Shown: piece after piece, positions 48,421-58,311 of the stretch
Position numbering within the stretch: the first letter of the stretch is position 1
Layout: every line of letters starts with the position of its first letter
Assembly: GCA_028707175.1 (NCBI GenBank)
Contig: JAQTUV010000005.1
Location: 207,618-271,617, forward strand
Length of the DNA: 64,000 nt
From: Sideroxydans sp.
GTDB taxonomy: Bacteria > Pseudomonadota > Gammaproteobacteria > Burkholderiales > Gallionellaceae
Reading direction: 5' to 3'
Notes under the pieces: model-generated
What the model was told of the DNA's origin: nothing
The model's database searches: none
The model's input: only the letters and a program-made list of their open reading frames with translations
Translations under genes and position numbers: made by a program

Positions 48421-49044
48421 TTAGCCAACAATCGTCTGGACGTAGCGCATTACCTTTGCTGAGAGTTGAAAGATATCTTTAGCACTGATTTCGTATTTCT
48501 CAGCTATCTCGAAAACATCTACGGCATTGTTCACACGCTTCGAACCTGGGTCAGGGTAACGGCCTGCCCAAACAATAAAATGTGATATCCCCCTTAGTAT
48601 GGCTTTATCCTTGTCGCTGAGGTCTGGGATGAAGTTTGCGAGTTCTTCCAGCTGGTGGTGAAAATGATTTTTCTCTTGCTTGGTAAATTCATCTACTCCC
48701 AGCCTGATTAAGATCATAGCCTTCAAACATACCTCTAGACTGTAGCCCACAAGCATCAGAGCTACCGCGTGGTATTGACTGTGACAGATAGACCGCAAAT
48801 CGGGCGGAAAGCCATCAAAGCTTGGTGAGTTTTTTACCAGACAGACTGCCGCCTCGGACAGTGCATTGGCGTGACTTAACCAGAGGACTGGATTTTTTAG
48901 GTCTGCGATAGTTGGTGGCTTAGTAATATCTACTGGAAATCCGTTTGCTGTCGCCAACATTCCCCACTTGTGCCACGCGAGCGCACTGTAGCCAAGGGGA
49001 TCCATGGCGAATCCGTTAGGGTTAGGTTGCAGAGATGAGTCCAT
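48421..49044 (-). CDS. Hypothetical protein with HEPN-like features
   Basis: It is 207 aa, and its GC is lower by eye than its neighbours'. The helical pattern is ...YHAVALMLVGYSLEVCLKAMILIRLG...HFHHQLEELANFI...LRGISHFIVWAGRYPDPG. The RYPD-type motif is reminiscent of HEPN domains. The call is weak and made by eye. Confidence 0.45.
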   Translation of the reverse strand: MDSSLQPNPNGFAMDPLGYSALAWHKWGMLATANGFPVDITKPPTIADLKNPVLWLSHANALSEAAVCLVKNSPSFDGFPPDLRSICHSQYHAVALMLVGYSLEVCLKAMILIRLGVDEFTKQEKNHFHHQLEELANFIPDLSDKDKAILRGISHFIVWAGRYPDPGSKRVNNAVDVFEIAEKYEISAKDIFQLSAKVMRYVQTIVG

Positions 49045-49095
49045 AAATGCCTATCAGTATTAGACGGTCGTAAGCTGAGTGGATATCCACCCTAC

Positions 49096-49920
49096 TCACT
49101 CCCCTGCCGCCAGCCGAATCGTGTACTGCCCCGACTTCTCATCCTTCACCAACACGACCAGCTTGTGCTTCTGCGCATCTTCCACCAGCTCACGGAAGGA
49201 GCGATAGCCGTAATACGACTCGTTGAAACCGGGGCGGCGCCGTTGCATGGTGGGTTTGACCATGGAGCCCCAGAGCTTTTCGTCTGAGCCGCGCTCGGAG
49301 ATAAGGCCTTCGACGGTTTCGACTAAGAAGTCCATAGCCTCCTGCTTCTTGTCGTCCTCACTCTTCGCCGCAGCGGGTTTGGCGGTTTCCGCTTTCACTT
49401 TGGCAGGGGCTTTCTTGGCAGCCTGTTTCTTCTTCGCTTCTTGCACGCGCACGAGGTCGTCGTAGAAGATGAATTCGTCGCAGTTGGCACTGAGCAGATC
49501 GGAGGTGGAATCTTTCACGCCGATGCCGATGACGTATTTGTTGTTTTCGCGCAGTTTGGAGACCAGCGGTGAAAAATCGGAGTCGCCGCTGATGATGACG
49601 AAGGTGTCGATGTGGGCTTTGGTGTAGCAGAGGTCAAGTGCATCGACGACCATGCGGATGTCGGCTGAGTTTTTGCCGCTTTGTCTTACGTGCGGGATCT
49701 CGATCAATTCAAAAGCGGCCTCATGCATGGTGGCTTTGAATTCTTTGTAACGTTCCCAATCGCAATAGGCTTTTTTGACGACGATGCCGCCTTTCAGCAG
49801 CAGGCGTTCCAACACTTTTTTGATGTCGAACTGCGCGTACTTTGCATCACGCACGCCCAGCGCCACGTTCTCGAAATCGCAGAACAGGGCCATGTTGGTG
49901 ATCTCGGGTTGGTTTGCCAT
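49096..49920 (-). CDS. NYN-domain (LabA/DUF88-like) protein with a C-terminal OST-HTH/LOTUS domain
   Basis: The NYN core is ALFCDFENVALGVRD...SGKNSADIRMVVDALDL...FVIISGDSDFSPLVSKLRENNKYVIGIG. A Lys/Ala-rich linker follows, then a C-terminal OST-HTH-like module (...WGSMVKPTMQRRRPGFNESYYGYRSFRELV). Confidence 0.75.
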   Translation of the reverse strand: MANQPEITNMALFCDFENVALGVRDAKYAQFDIKKVLERLLLKGGIVVKKAYCDWERYKEFKATMHEAAFELIEIPHVRQSGKNSADIRMVVDALDLCYTKAHIDTFVIISGDSDFSPLVSKLRENNKYVIGIGVKDSTSDLLSANCDEFIFYDDLVRVQEAKKKQAAKKAPAKVKAETAKPAAAKSEDDKKQEAMDFLVETVEGLISERGSDEKLWGSMVKPTMQRRRPGFNESYYGYRSFRELVEDAQKHKLVVLVKDEKSGQYTIRLAAGE

Positions 49921-49969
49921 ATGCGACTCCTTGAAAAAGATTGCCTAGAAAACCCCTGTGCTCCCGCTA

Positions 49970-50995
49970 TTACGGTGTGTGAACGTGTACCGAATTGCCG
50001 CCAGCTTTCTTGGCTTTGTACATGGATGCGTCGGCAAGTCGGAATATCTCATTCATTTCCATCTCCTGACCAGAAAACAAAGCCACTCCGATACTTGCCG
50101 CACTTCGATATTGGAGGTTTGTTGCCTTTGTATCGTCTTGCGCCATCTCCAACTGATAGGGTGCTGACAATGCGATACTGATCTTTTCTGCGATGGCCTG
50201 CGCATGAGCAGCGGCATCTGTACGATCTGAGGCAAGATCGTTTAGCAACACGACGAATTCGTCTCCGCCAAAGCGGGCCACGGTGTCGATCTCGCGCAGG
50301 CAATCTTTTATTCGCTTGGCCACCACTCTCAACAGCGCATCTCCTGCCTCATGTCCCCAAGAATCATTTAGCGATTTGAAGTTGTCCATATCCAAGAACA
50401 TCACTGCACCAAACTCTCCACCGCGCTTGCTGTTTGCCATCGACTGTTGCAACCGGTCTGAAAGCAAACGCCGATTAGGCAGATTCGTCAGGGAATCGAT
50501 ATACGCCATATTCCTGACCACTGCTTCAGCTTCTTTGATGACAGTGATGTCGGAGACCAACACGAAAAATCCTCGCACTTCACCATCAACGATCTCGGGG
50601 ATATATTCGGCGAGTGACTGTCGCACCTTGTCACTATTCGGCACGGGAATAGCACGTTCGAATTGTTGCGCCTCGCCGCGCAGGGCGCCTTCTATATAGG
50701 GCAGGTTGAGGCGATAGCGTTCTTCACCGATGACTTCGCGAATGTGCTTCCCTTCCATTTGCGCGTGATCGATGCCGAACCAAGATAGGTACGCCTTATT
50801 GCCAAATCGGTTGAGTAAATCTTTATCCCAGTAGCCGATCATTGATGGCATGTGGTCTAGGACGGTTTGAAACTTATGCAGGCGAGCAGATTGCCTTGCC
50901 TCAAGCTCAGACAGATGCTCTACCTGTTTACGCAAACGGAAATTTTCTTCTTCAAGCTCGCGATTGCGCGATTCAAATTCATAGGGTCTGTTCAT
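49970..50995 (-). CDS. PAS-domain diguanylate cyclase (GGDEF)
   Basis: It has an N-terminal coiled coil, a PAS-like region, and a GGDEF domain with an intact RFGGDEFVVLL active site. An RxxD-like I-site context lies upstream of the active site. Confidence 0.88.
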   Translation of the reverse strand: MNRPYEFESRNRELEEENFRLRKQVEHLSELEARQSARLHKFQTVLDHMPSMIGYWDKDLLNRFGNKAYLSWFGIDHAQMEGKHIREVIGEERYRLNLPYIEGALRGEAQQFERAIPVPNSDKVRQSLAEYIPEIVDGEVRGFFVLVSDITVIKEAEAVVRNMAYIDSLTNLPNRRLLSDRLQQSMANSKRGGEFGAVMFLDMDNFKSLNDSWGHEAGDALLRVVAKRIKDCLREIDTVARFGGDEFVVLLNDLASDRTDAAAHAQAIAEKISIALSAPYQLEMAQDDTKATNLQYRSAASIGVALFSGQEMEMNEIFRLADASMYKAKKAGGNSVHVHTP

Positions 50996-51039
50996 GATTC
51001 AGTGATCTTTATCGAGTCTAGTGACGTTACCGCGACAGG

Positions 51040-52479
51040 TCAGATGACCTTGCCCGGATTCATTAGTCCATGCGGATCGAGTGTGCGCTTGATGTCGCGC
51101 ATCAATTGCAACTCGATAGCGCTCTTGTAGTGGGTGATCTCTTCGCGCTTCAACTGCCCCAAGCCATGCTCAGCACTGATGCTGCCATCAAGCTTTGCGA
51201 CGACTTCGTACACGATGTGATTCACACCATGCTCTTGCTGTTCGATGAAGTCGGCGTTCTTTGCTGCATCTAACATTGAGATGTTGTAGTGGATGTTGCC
51301 GTCGCCGATGTGGCCAAAAGCGACGATGCGAACACCGGGATAGGCAGCGCGCAAAGCAGTGCTGGCTTGTGCGATGAATTGCGGCACGCTGCTGATCGGG
51401 ATGGAGACATCGTGTTTGATGCTGATGCCTTCGGCCTTTTGTGCTTCGGCGATGTTCTTGCGCAGACGCCACCACCGCTCTGATTTTGTCTCTTCACTGG
51501 TGATGTCGAATTCGATGATGCCGTCGCCAAAAGATTTCAGTGATTCCCCTAATGGCACGTCCAACGGTGTGGCGAGCACGTCCGCCAATTTGGTGATGAC
51601 GATCCACTCATGTTTGCTGTCGAATGGTTCGTGTGTGTCGCTGATATGTTTGAACACGAGATCGAGACAGCTTCGCGAGATGATCTCGAAGCCGCTGATC
51701 TTGTCGCCGCAGGTGGCGCGCAGGTGAGACAACAGTGCGACTGCCACTGCGGGATCACGCACAGCGATGCAAGCCGTGGCGACGGACCTTGGGCGCGGAT
51801 ACAGCTTGAGGACGGCGGCCGTGATGATGCCGAGCGTTCCTTCTGCCCCCATGAATAGATGTTTGAGGTCGTAACCCGTATTGTCCTTACGTAGGCTGCG
51901 CAGGCCGTTCCATATCTGTCCATCGGGCAGCACTACTTCCAAACCCAGCACAAGGTCACGTGCACTGCCGTAACGCAACACGCCGATGCCACCTGCGTTA
52001 GTCGAAAGATTGCCACCGATCTCGCAGTGCGGGGCAATAGCGGTGAGGCCCAGTGGAAACAATCTATCCGATTGTTCTGCCGCTTCGTACAACGAGGCCA
52101 ATTTGCATCCAGCCTCTACCGTCATGGTGTAGTTGACGGCATCCACTTTGCGAATGTGATTCATGCGCGACAAATTGATGACCAACTGTTTGCTGCCATC
52201 AGCCAAGGGGACGGAAGCACCACACAAGCTGGTGTTACCACCTTGAGGAACGATGGCGACACCGTGGGCCACACAGATTTTCACCACTGCGCTGACTTGT
52301 TGCACATCGCTTGGAAAAGCGACAGCAAGTGCGTTGCCAGAAAATCGTCCGCGCCAATCTTTGAAGTGCGATGCAGCAGATTCGCCCGTCAAAATGCCAT
52401 CGCCGCCCGTAACGGCGGCGATGGCTTCAATCAATTTATTCGCTAAAGTCACTGCACAATTACTGCATAGGCGGATCAA
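51040..52479 (-). CDS. FAD-linked oxidase (GlcD / D-2-hydroxyacid dehydrogenase family)
   Basis: It has an FAD_binding_4-type N-terminal half (VAFPSDVQQVSAVVKICVAHGVAIVPQGGNTSLCG) and a C-terminal FAD-oxidase_C region (HIGDGNIHYN). ATG 52479 overlaps the upstream gene by 20 nt. GTG 52452 is an alternative start. Confidence 0.85.
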   Translation of the reverse strand: MIRLCSNCAVTLANKLIEAIAAVTGGDGILTGESAASHFKDWRGRFSGNALAVAFPSDVQQVSAVVKICVAHGVAIVPQGGNTSLCGASVPLADGSKQLVINLSRMNHIRKVDAVNYTMTVEAGCKLASLYEAAEQSDRLFPLGLTAIAPHCEIGGNLSTNAGGIGVLRYGSARDLVLGLEVVLPDGQIWNGLRSLRKDNTGYDLKHLFMGAEGTLGIITAAVLKLYPRPRSVATACIAVRDPAVAVALLSHLRATCGDKISGFEIISRSCLDLVFKHISDTHEPFDSKHEWIVITKLADVLATPLDVPLGESLKSFGDGIIEFDITSEETKSERWWRLRKNIAEAQKAEGISIKHDVSIPISSVPQFIAQASTALRAAYPGVRIVAFGHIGDGNIHYNISMLDAAKNADFIEQQEHGVNHIVYEVVAKLDGSISAEHGLGQLKREEITHYKSAIELQLMRDIKRTLDPHGLMNPGKVI

Positions 52480-53221
52480 CTGGATGCGCCTTACGACGCG
52501 GCAATATCCACATCTGATACAGCGCAGTGAAAATCATGATGGCGGCAGACAAGCTGTATCCAAAACCACCGATGATGACCAACCAAGCAAAGTTTGGATT
52601 CCATTTCGTCAACCACCACGACAACACGTCTACGATCAAAAACAAGAATGGAACAGAGCTGATGATCGCTTTCTTCATCTGTGAGATGCCTGTTGCGTAG
52701 GTGAATATCCAACCCACGAAGAAGAAGATAAAGGAGATGCCGAACAGGTGGATGTGCGACACACGTGTCAATGTAGACGGTGACTGACCTTCATCCAACT
52801 TGATCATTTCGTCCATCACAGGTTTATCCGTAATGTTTGGAATGCCTGGCATATTTGCATGGCAAGGTGCGCAGTATTGATCCACGTCCATGGAGATCTT
52901 CTCATCCCACTCTTCTTGCGATGCGCCACTTTCGGCCCATTTGATCATCGCGAGTCGCACTTCAGGAGGCGCATTGTCTTTCATGCTGCCGTTGAGCTTG
53001 GATACTAGCTTTGAACCGCCTTCACGATTGCCGTGGTAGCTGTAAATGATGTCATCTACTGAAAGTCCGACTTTGCCGTCTGCCATGCCGTGCGTCATCA
53101 TGATTTGCGCACCCGCGAACAACAATCCTAAGCCAATCACCATCAAGTACCCTGAAAACAGAGTCTTCATTGGCAAGGTCAAATCAGCCAATGTGAAGCG
53201 TTGAATCTCTTTCATCATCAT
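52460..53221 (-). CDS. Hypothetical membrane protein with a single CxxCH haem-binding motif in a periplasmic loop
   Basis: It is 253 aa with ~4 TM helices. The motif YCAPCHAN lies in the hydrophilic loop between TM1 and TM2. Confidence 0.55.
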   Translation of the reverse strand: MMMKEIQRFTLADLTLPMKTLFSGYLMVIGLGLLFAGAQIMMTHGMADGKVGLSVDDIIYSYHGNREGGSKLVSKLNGSMKDNAPPEVRLAMIKWAESGASQEEWDEKISMDVDQYCAPCHANMPGIPNITDKPVMDEMIKLDEGQSPSTLTRVSHIHLFGISFIFFFVGWIFTYATGISQMKKAIISSVPFLFLIVDVLSWWLTKWNPNFAWLVIIGGFGYSLSAAIMIFTALYQMWILPRRKAHPVDPPMQ

Positions 53222-53300
53222 CTCCCTATCGTCGTTAAATATTGCCGAACATTATAGACCTCTCGGCTCACGATGGCGCGTAACCCCTAAGAGTAATGGC

Positions 53301-55475
53301 TTAAAACTCCAGCGGGTCAATGTCCAAAGACCAACGAATTTGCTTGGTTGGCATGGCATCTAATTGTGGCTTCCATTCACGCAAGAATATTTGTAGTGCT
53401 TTGCGGTTATCGCTTTGTATCAACAATTGCGCTCGATAGTGATTAGCCCGTTTGGGCATGGCCGCAGGAATCACACCATACACCTCTACGGGATTCCCCA
53501 ATTCGATTGCCACACCACGTGCCTTCTTTAAAAACGAGAGTGCTTCACCTTCTTGCTTGCTCTCTGCACTCAACAACGCTTGAAACATAAACGGCGGAAA
53601 TCCGGCCGACTGCCGCTCTTCGAGTAACACCTGCACCCACGCTTCAAAATCATGCTCGCGCAAAGCGTTGAACAAGGGATGTGTCGGGAACGCTGTCTGC
53701 ACGATCACCTCTCCCACCTTGTCTGCACGGCCGGCACGACCTCCGACTTGGGTGAGTTGCGCGAACAGTTTTTCTGATGCGCGAAAATCGGCACTGTACA
53801 AACCTCCATCAGGATTCAACACGCCGACCAAAGTGAGATTAGGGAAATCATGTCCCTTCGCTAGCATCTGCGTGCCGACCAAAATATCGGCTTCGCCATC
53901 GTGAATCTTTTTGCGCATCGCATCCCATGCGCCTTTGTTACGTGTACTGTCACGATCCACCCGTAAGATACGTGCGTCAGGAAAGCGCGCCTGCAATGTC
54001 TCTTCAATGCGCTGCGTGCCCATGCCTACAGGTTTGAGATCGGCATCACCACAGGTAGGGCAAACGTGCGGCACACGTTGTTGCGCACCACAATGATGGC
54101 AACGCAACGTGCGATCTTTAAGGTGCAATACCAACTTGCCTGCACAATGTTTGCACTCAGATAACCACCCACAAGCCGTGCACATCAACACGGGTGCATA
54201 GCCTCGGCGATTAATGAAGATGAGACTTTGCTCTTTACGCCGCAAGCGCGCCTCGATTGCATTCAGAAGGGGCTCACTTAACCCGTTCTGTAATGGCATT
54301 TGCCCCGCATGAAGACAATACACAACGGGCAACGTAGCTGGCTGCACAGCACGCTGTGTCAATTTAAGCAGTGTGTATCGGCCACTCTGCGCGTTGTGCC
54401 AACTTTCTAATGAAGGTGTAGCCGAACCCAGCACAATGGGCACAGCGTGCTGGTTCGCACGAAAGATCGCAACATCGCGCGCAGAGTAGCGCAGGCCATC
54501 CTGTTGTTTAAACGAAGCATCATGTTCTTCATCCACCAAGATGAGGCTTAATTTAGGCAGGGGCGTGAACACTGCAAGCCGCGTCCCCAGCACGATGCGT
54601 GCTGCGCCCGACTGCGCCTTGATCCAATTCTGTGCGCGCTCACCATCCGCCAACCCACTATGCAAACTCACCAACTCCACATCTGGGAAACGACTGTGGA
54701 AATAGTTCTCCAATTGCGGCGTGAGATTAATCTCGGGCACGAGCAACAACACCTGACCACCGCGCCGCAACATCGCATCCATCAGATGCACATACACCTC
54801 GGTCTTGCCGCTGCCTGTGATGCCGTGCAACAAGAAACATGCGAAGCCTTTCGTTTGCGTAACGGCATCCACGGCGTGTTGTTGTTCTGCGGTGAGAGCG
54901 TGCGCATCGTTGAAGACGTGTGTGCCTGATGCTATCGGCGTGCATGTTTCTATCCATCCCGCTTCAACAAGCAGCTTGAGTGCCGCAGGTGCGGTGGCAG
55001 ACAGTTCACGCAGTTGTGTGCCACTCATCGGTGTTTGCAGCAATGCGCGCAAGATACGTTGCTGCACCACACGGCGCTTGGGTAGTGCATCGATATCTAG
55101 CGCCCTACCCGCCTCGCTCAAACGGTAGACCAACGACTGCTTGAGCACGATGGGCTCAACATCGCGCAAGCGTGTGGGCAGCGCAGACAGCGCTGTCATT
55201 CCGATTGGATAGTGGTAGTAGTCGCTACAGAAACGCAGCAGCTTCAATGTGTCCGATGGCAAGGGTGGCACATCATCCAATACACGTGTGACGACCTTGA
55301 TACGCGCCACGTCGAGCTCAGACTGTTCAGCCCATTCCATCGCGATACCGACCACCTCTTTGCGCCCGAACGGAACGACCACGCGCTGCCCAATCTCGAG
55401 CGAGATTTCGTCATTCACTTTGTAATCGAAAAGTGTTGACAAGGGCACGTCTAACGCGACGCGGATGATGGGCAT
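53301..55475 (-). CDS. priA: Primosomal protein N' (replication restart helicase PriA)
   Basis: The start MPIIRVALDVPL is typical of PriA. Walker A is HGITGSGKTEVY, the DEEH box is VDEEHD, and the Cys-rich zinc region is CTACGW..CKHCAG..CHHCG..CPTCG. The ORF-track start at 55592 adds 39 implausible residues. Confidence 0.92.
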   Translation of the reverse strand: MPIIRVALDVPLSTLFDYKVNDEISLEIGQRVVVPFGRKEVVGIAMEWAEQSELDVARIKVVTRVLDDVPPLPSDTLKLLRFCSDYYHYPIGMTALSALPTRLRDVEPIVLKQSLVYRLSEAGRALDIDALPKRRVVQQRILRALLQTPMSGTQLRELSATAPAALKLLVEAGWIETCTPIASGTHVFNDAHALTAEQQHAVDAVTQTKGFACFLLHGITGSGKTEVYVHLMDAMLRRGGQVLLLVPEINLTPQLENYFHSRFPDVELVSLHSGLADGERAQNWIKAQSGAARIVLGTRLAVFTPLPKLSLILVDEEHDASFKQQDGLRYSARDVAIFRANQHAVPIVLGSATPSLESWHNAQSGRYTLLKLTQRAVQPATLPVVYCLHAGQMPLQNGLSEPLLNAIEARLRRKEQSLIFINRRGYAPVLMCTACGWLSECKHCAGKLVLHLKDRTLRCHHCGAQQRVPHVCPTCGDADLKPVGMGTQRIEETLQARFPDARILRVDRDSTRNKGAWDAMRKKIHDGEADILVGTQMLAKGHDFPNLTLVGVLNPDGGLYSADFRASEKLFAQLTQVGGRAGRADKVGEVIVQTAFPTHPLFNALREHDFEAWVQVLLEERQSAGFPPFMFQALLSAESKQEGEALSFLKKARGVAIELGNPVEVYGVIPAAMPKRANHYRAQLLIQSDNRKALQIFLREWKPQLDAMPTKQIRWSLDIDPLEF

Positions 55476-55560
55476 GTTATGCAGATTCTTTCTGGTGATT
55501 TCTTCAAAGTTTAGCCAATCGCATTGAGTCGTATAGGTATTTTCTCTTATACACATTTCC

Positions 55561-55581
55561 TGTGGATAACAATGTGGAAAA
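55561..55581. promoter_or_regulatory. Two tandem DnaA-box-like 9-mers upstream of priA
   Basis: tgtggataa (55561-55569) is the reverse complement of the consensus TTATCCACA. tgtggaaaa (55573-55581) is the reverse complement of TTTTCCACA, which fits TTWTNCACA. They lie ~90-105 bp upstream of the priA ATG. Confidence 0.45.
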
Positions 55582-55696
55582 CCACCCTGCAACTACGCTA
55601 AGTCTATTTGATATATACGCTTTTTTTCCGTAGCTCAATTTCCGCACAATCAGCAGAACCCTTTATAAACAACAAGTTGCTGCAAAAATGAAAAAG

Positions 55697-55722
55697 GTCA
55701 TGGAATTTTACTTCCATGACCT
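55697..55722 (-). terminator. Rho-independent terminator downstream of hemE
   Basis: The structure is ggtcatggaa-ttttac-ttccatgacc. On the minus strand the stem is followed by TTTTTCATTTTT. Confidence 0.75.
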
Positions 55723-55770
55723 TCGCGTCCATTAGCGCCTGTTTATAACCAAAAAGCTTAGGCGCTGATT

Positions 55771-56835
55771 CTAGTGATATTTTTTGCTCAGCTCGTGTAC
55801 CGCTTGCACCAGTGCTGCTGCATTCTCAGGATCAGTATGCTGCGATATGCCATGCCCAAGATTGAAAACATGACCACTACCGAATCCATAACTGCTCAAC
55901 ACTTTCTCAACTTCGTTGCGGATGACATCTGGTGTCGCGAACAACACCGTTGGATCTAGGTTGCCTTGTAGCGCAACCTTGTTGCCCACCTTTTGACGCG
56001 CAACACCGATGTCCATAGTCCAGTCCAGACCAACCGCATCACAACCGCTGTTGGCGATGCTCTCGATCCACAGGCCACCGCCTTTGGTGAACACGATGGA
56101 CGGGATACGTACGCCGTCTTTTTCCTTGATCAAACCTTCAACGATACGTTGGGTGTAGGCCAAAGAGAACTCGTGGAATGCGGAGTGAGACAAAGCGCCG
56201 CCCCATGAATCGAAGATCATCACGGCTTGTGCGCCCGCTTCGATCTGCGCATTCAGATACGCCGTCACGGTCTGCGCGGTCACTTCGAGGATGCTGTGCA
56301 TCATCTTAGGGTTCTTGTACATCATGGTCTTCACTTTGGCGTAGTCATCGCTACCACCACCTTCGACCATGTAACACGCCAAGGTCCAAGGGCTTCCTGA
56401 GAAGCCGATCAATGGTACGCGACCATCCAATGCCTTACGAATCTGTGAGACAGCGTCAGTCACATATTTCAGATCCGTCCCGATGTCGGGAACGTGTAAT
56501 GCCTTCACATCCGCTTCGGTGACGATAGGGCGTTCGAACTTCGGACCTTCACCTTCGGCGAAATACAGACCAAGACCCATCGCATCGGGAACCGTCAGGA
56601 TGTCGGAGAACAGGATGGCTGCGTCCAAAGGAAAGCGATCCAGGGGCTGGATTGTCACTTCGGTCGCGAAGTCTGGGTTCTTGCACAGACCTAAGAAACT
56701 ACCAGCAGTACGGCGCGTGGCGCGGTACTCGGGCAGATAACGACCCGCTTGGCGCATCATCCACATTGGGGTGTATTCGGTCGGCTGGCGCAACAAGGCG
56801 CGCAGGAAGGTGTCGTTCTTAACTTTAAAGTTCAT
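55771..56835 (-). CDS. hemE: Uroporphyrinogen decarboxylase
   Basis: It is 354 aa with the N-terminal signature [15 protein letters not shown]. Confidence 0.95.
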   Translation of the reverse strand: MNFKVKNDTFLRALLRQPTEYTPMWMMRQAGRYLPEYRATRRTAGSFLGLCKNPDFATEVTIQPLDRFPLDAAILFSDILTVPDAMGLGLYFAEGEGPKFERPIVTEADVKALHVPDIGTDLKYVTDAVSQIRKALDGRVPLIGFSGSPWTLACYMVEGGGSDDYAKVKTMMYKNPKMMHSILEVTAQTVTAYLNAQIEAGAQAVMIFDSWGGALSHSAFHEFSLAYTQRIVEGLIKEKDGVRIPSIVFTKGGGLWIESIANSGCDAVGLDWTMDIGVARQKVGNKVALQGNLDPTVLFATPDVIRNEVEKVLSSYGFGSGHVFNLGHGISQHTDPENAAALVQAVHELSKKYH

Positions 56836-56847
56836 TTTTCTCTTTTC

Positions 56848-58311
56848 TTATCGAGGCAAAACAGAAGAGCCCATGAGGAACTCATCTACTGCACGTGCTG
56901 CTTGACGACCTTCGCGAATGGCCCACACCACCAAGGATTGACCGCGACGTATATCACCCGCCGCGAAAACCTTCTTCACATTGGTCTGATAACAACCCGC
57001 ACCTTCGGTCGATGCCTTCGCATTACCGCGCGCATCTTTCTCCACGCCGAACGCATCCAGTACTTGCGCCAATGGATTGGTGAAACCCATCGCCAAGAAG
57101 ACGAAATCCGCTTGCAGTGTGAATTCACTGCCTGCGACTTCAACCATCTTGCCGTCCTTGAATTCCACACGCACACATTTCAGTGACTTGAGCACACCAT
57201 TCTCTCCCACGAATTCCTTGGTCGAGATAGCCCAGTCACGCGTACAACCTTCGTCATGCGAACTGGAGGTGCGCAACTTCATTGGCCAGTACGGCCATGT
57301 CATCGCTTTGTTCTCTTGGTCTGGTGCACGTGGCATCACTTCGATCTGGGTGACCGAGGCTGCGCCATGACGGTTTGAAGTGCCTACGCAGTCAGAACCC
57401 GTGTCGCCGCCGCCGATAACGACGACATGTTTACCTGCGACGTTGATTGGGTTCTTGCCATCGCCCGCGACTTCCTTGTTTTGTGGGATCAAGAATTCCA
57501 GCGCGTAAAACACGCCATTCAACTCACGTCCCGCTACAGGCAAGTCACGCGGTTGTTCTGAACCACCAGCGAGGACGACCGCATCAAAATCCTTCTTCAA
57601 TGCAGCAGGACTGATGGTCTTCTTCGCGTCATTGGTAACGCCCTTACCCAATGCATCCTTACCGATAAAGGTGTTCACTTCGAACTTCACACCTTCAGCA
57701 GTCAGTTGGGCCATGCGCCAATCGATGAGGCGCTTGTCCAACTTGAAATCGGGGATGCCGTAACGCATCAGGCCGCCGATACGGCTGTTCTTTTCGAACA
57801 CCGTGACTGCATGACCCGCACGTGCCAACTGTTGTGCTGTCGCCAATCCTGCAGGACCTGAACCGACTACTGCGACTTTCTTGCCAGTCTTCTTCTTTGC
57901 GGGTTGTGGAACGACCCAACCGTTCTCACCGGCCTTGTCGATGATGGCGTGTTCGATGGATTTGATACCGACCGCATCGTTGTTGATGTTGAGCGTACAC
58001 GCCGCTTCGCACGGTGCTGGGCAGATACGGCCTGTCACTTCAGGGAAGTTGTTGGTGGAGTGCAACACTTCGATCGCTTGCTTCCAATTGCCGCGATACA
58101 CCAAGTCGTTCCAGTCAGGGATGATGTTGTTAACTGGGCAGCCGTTGTTGCAGAACGGAATGCCGCAATCCATACAACGCGCACCTTGCTGTTTCGCTTC
58201 GGCATCGCTCAGATGAGCGACGAACTCTTGGTAGTGTTTCAAACGTTGTTCGACGGGTGCGTAACCTTCGTTGACGCGATCGAACTCCATGAATCCAGTT
58301 GGCTTGCCCAT
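56848..58311 (-). CDS. gltD: Glutamate synthase (NADPH) small subunit
   Basis: It is 487 aa with an N-terminal Fe-S cysteine cluster (CMDCGIPFC...CPV) and the dinucleotide folds [11 protein letters not shown] and [13 protein letters not shown]. Its start overlaps the gltB stop by 1 nt. Confidence 0.95.
   Translation of the reverse strand: MGKPTGFMEFDRVNEGYAPVEQRLKHYQEFVAHLSDAEAKQQGARCMDCGIPFCNNGCPVNNIIPDWNDLVYRGNWKQAIEVLHSTNNFPEVTGRICPAPCEAACTLNINNDAVGIKSIEHAIIDKAGENGWVVPQPAKKKTGKKVAVVGSGPAGLATAQQLARAGHAVTVFEKNSRIGGLMRYGIPDFKLDKRLIDWRMAQLTAEGVKFEVNTFIGKDALGKGVTNDAKKTISPAALKKDFDAVVLAGGSEQPRDLPVAGRELNGVFYALEFLIPQNKEVAGDGKNPINVAGKHVVVIGGGDTGSDCVGTSNRHGAASVTQIEVMPRAPDQENKAMTWPYWPMKLRTSSSHDEGCTRDWAISTKEFVGENGVLKSLKCVRVEFKDGKMVEVAGSEFTLQADFVFLAMGFTNPLAQVLDAFGVEKDARGNAKASTEGAGCYQTNVKKVFAAGDIRRGQSLVVWAIREGRQAARAVDEFLMGSSVLPR

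Noticed and set aside
55476-55592. 39-codon upstream extension of priA
   Set aside because: The conserved PriA N-terminus starts at MPIIRV (55475). The extension covers the DnaA-box region and has an implausible composition.
55500-55770. Chromosomal replication origin (oriC) in the priA-hemE intergenic region
   Set aside because: Only two DnaA boxes are present. There is no cluster of additional boxes, no AT-rich 13-mer-like unwinding repeats that I could see, and no dnaA/dnaN/gidA-type neighbours.
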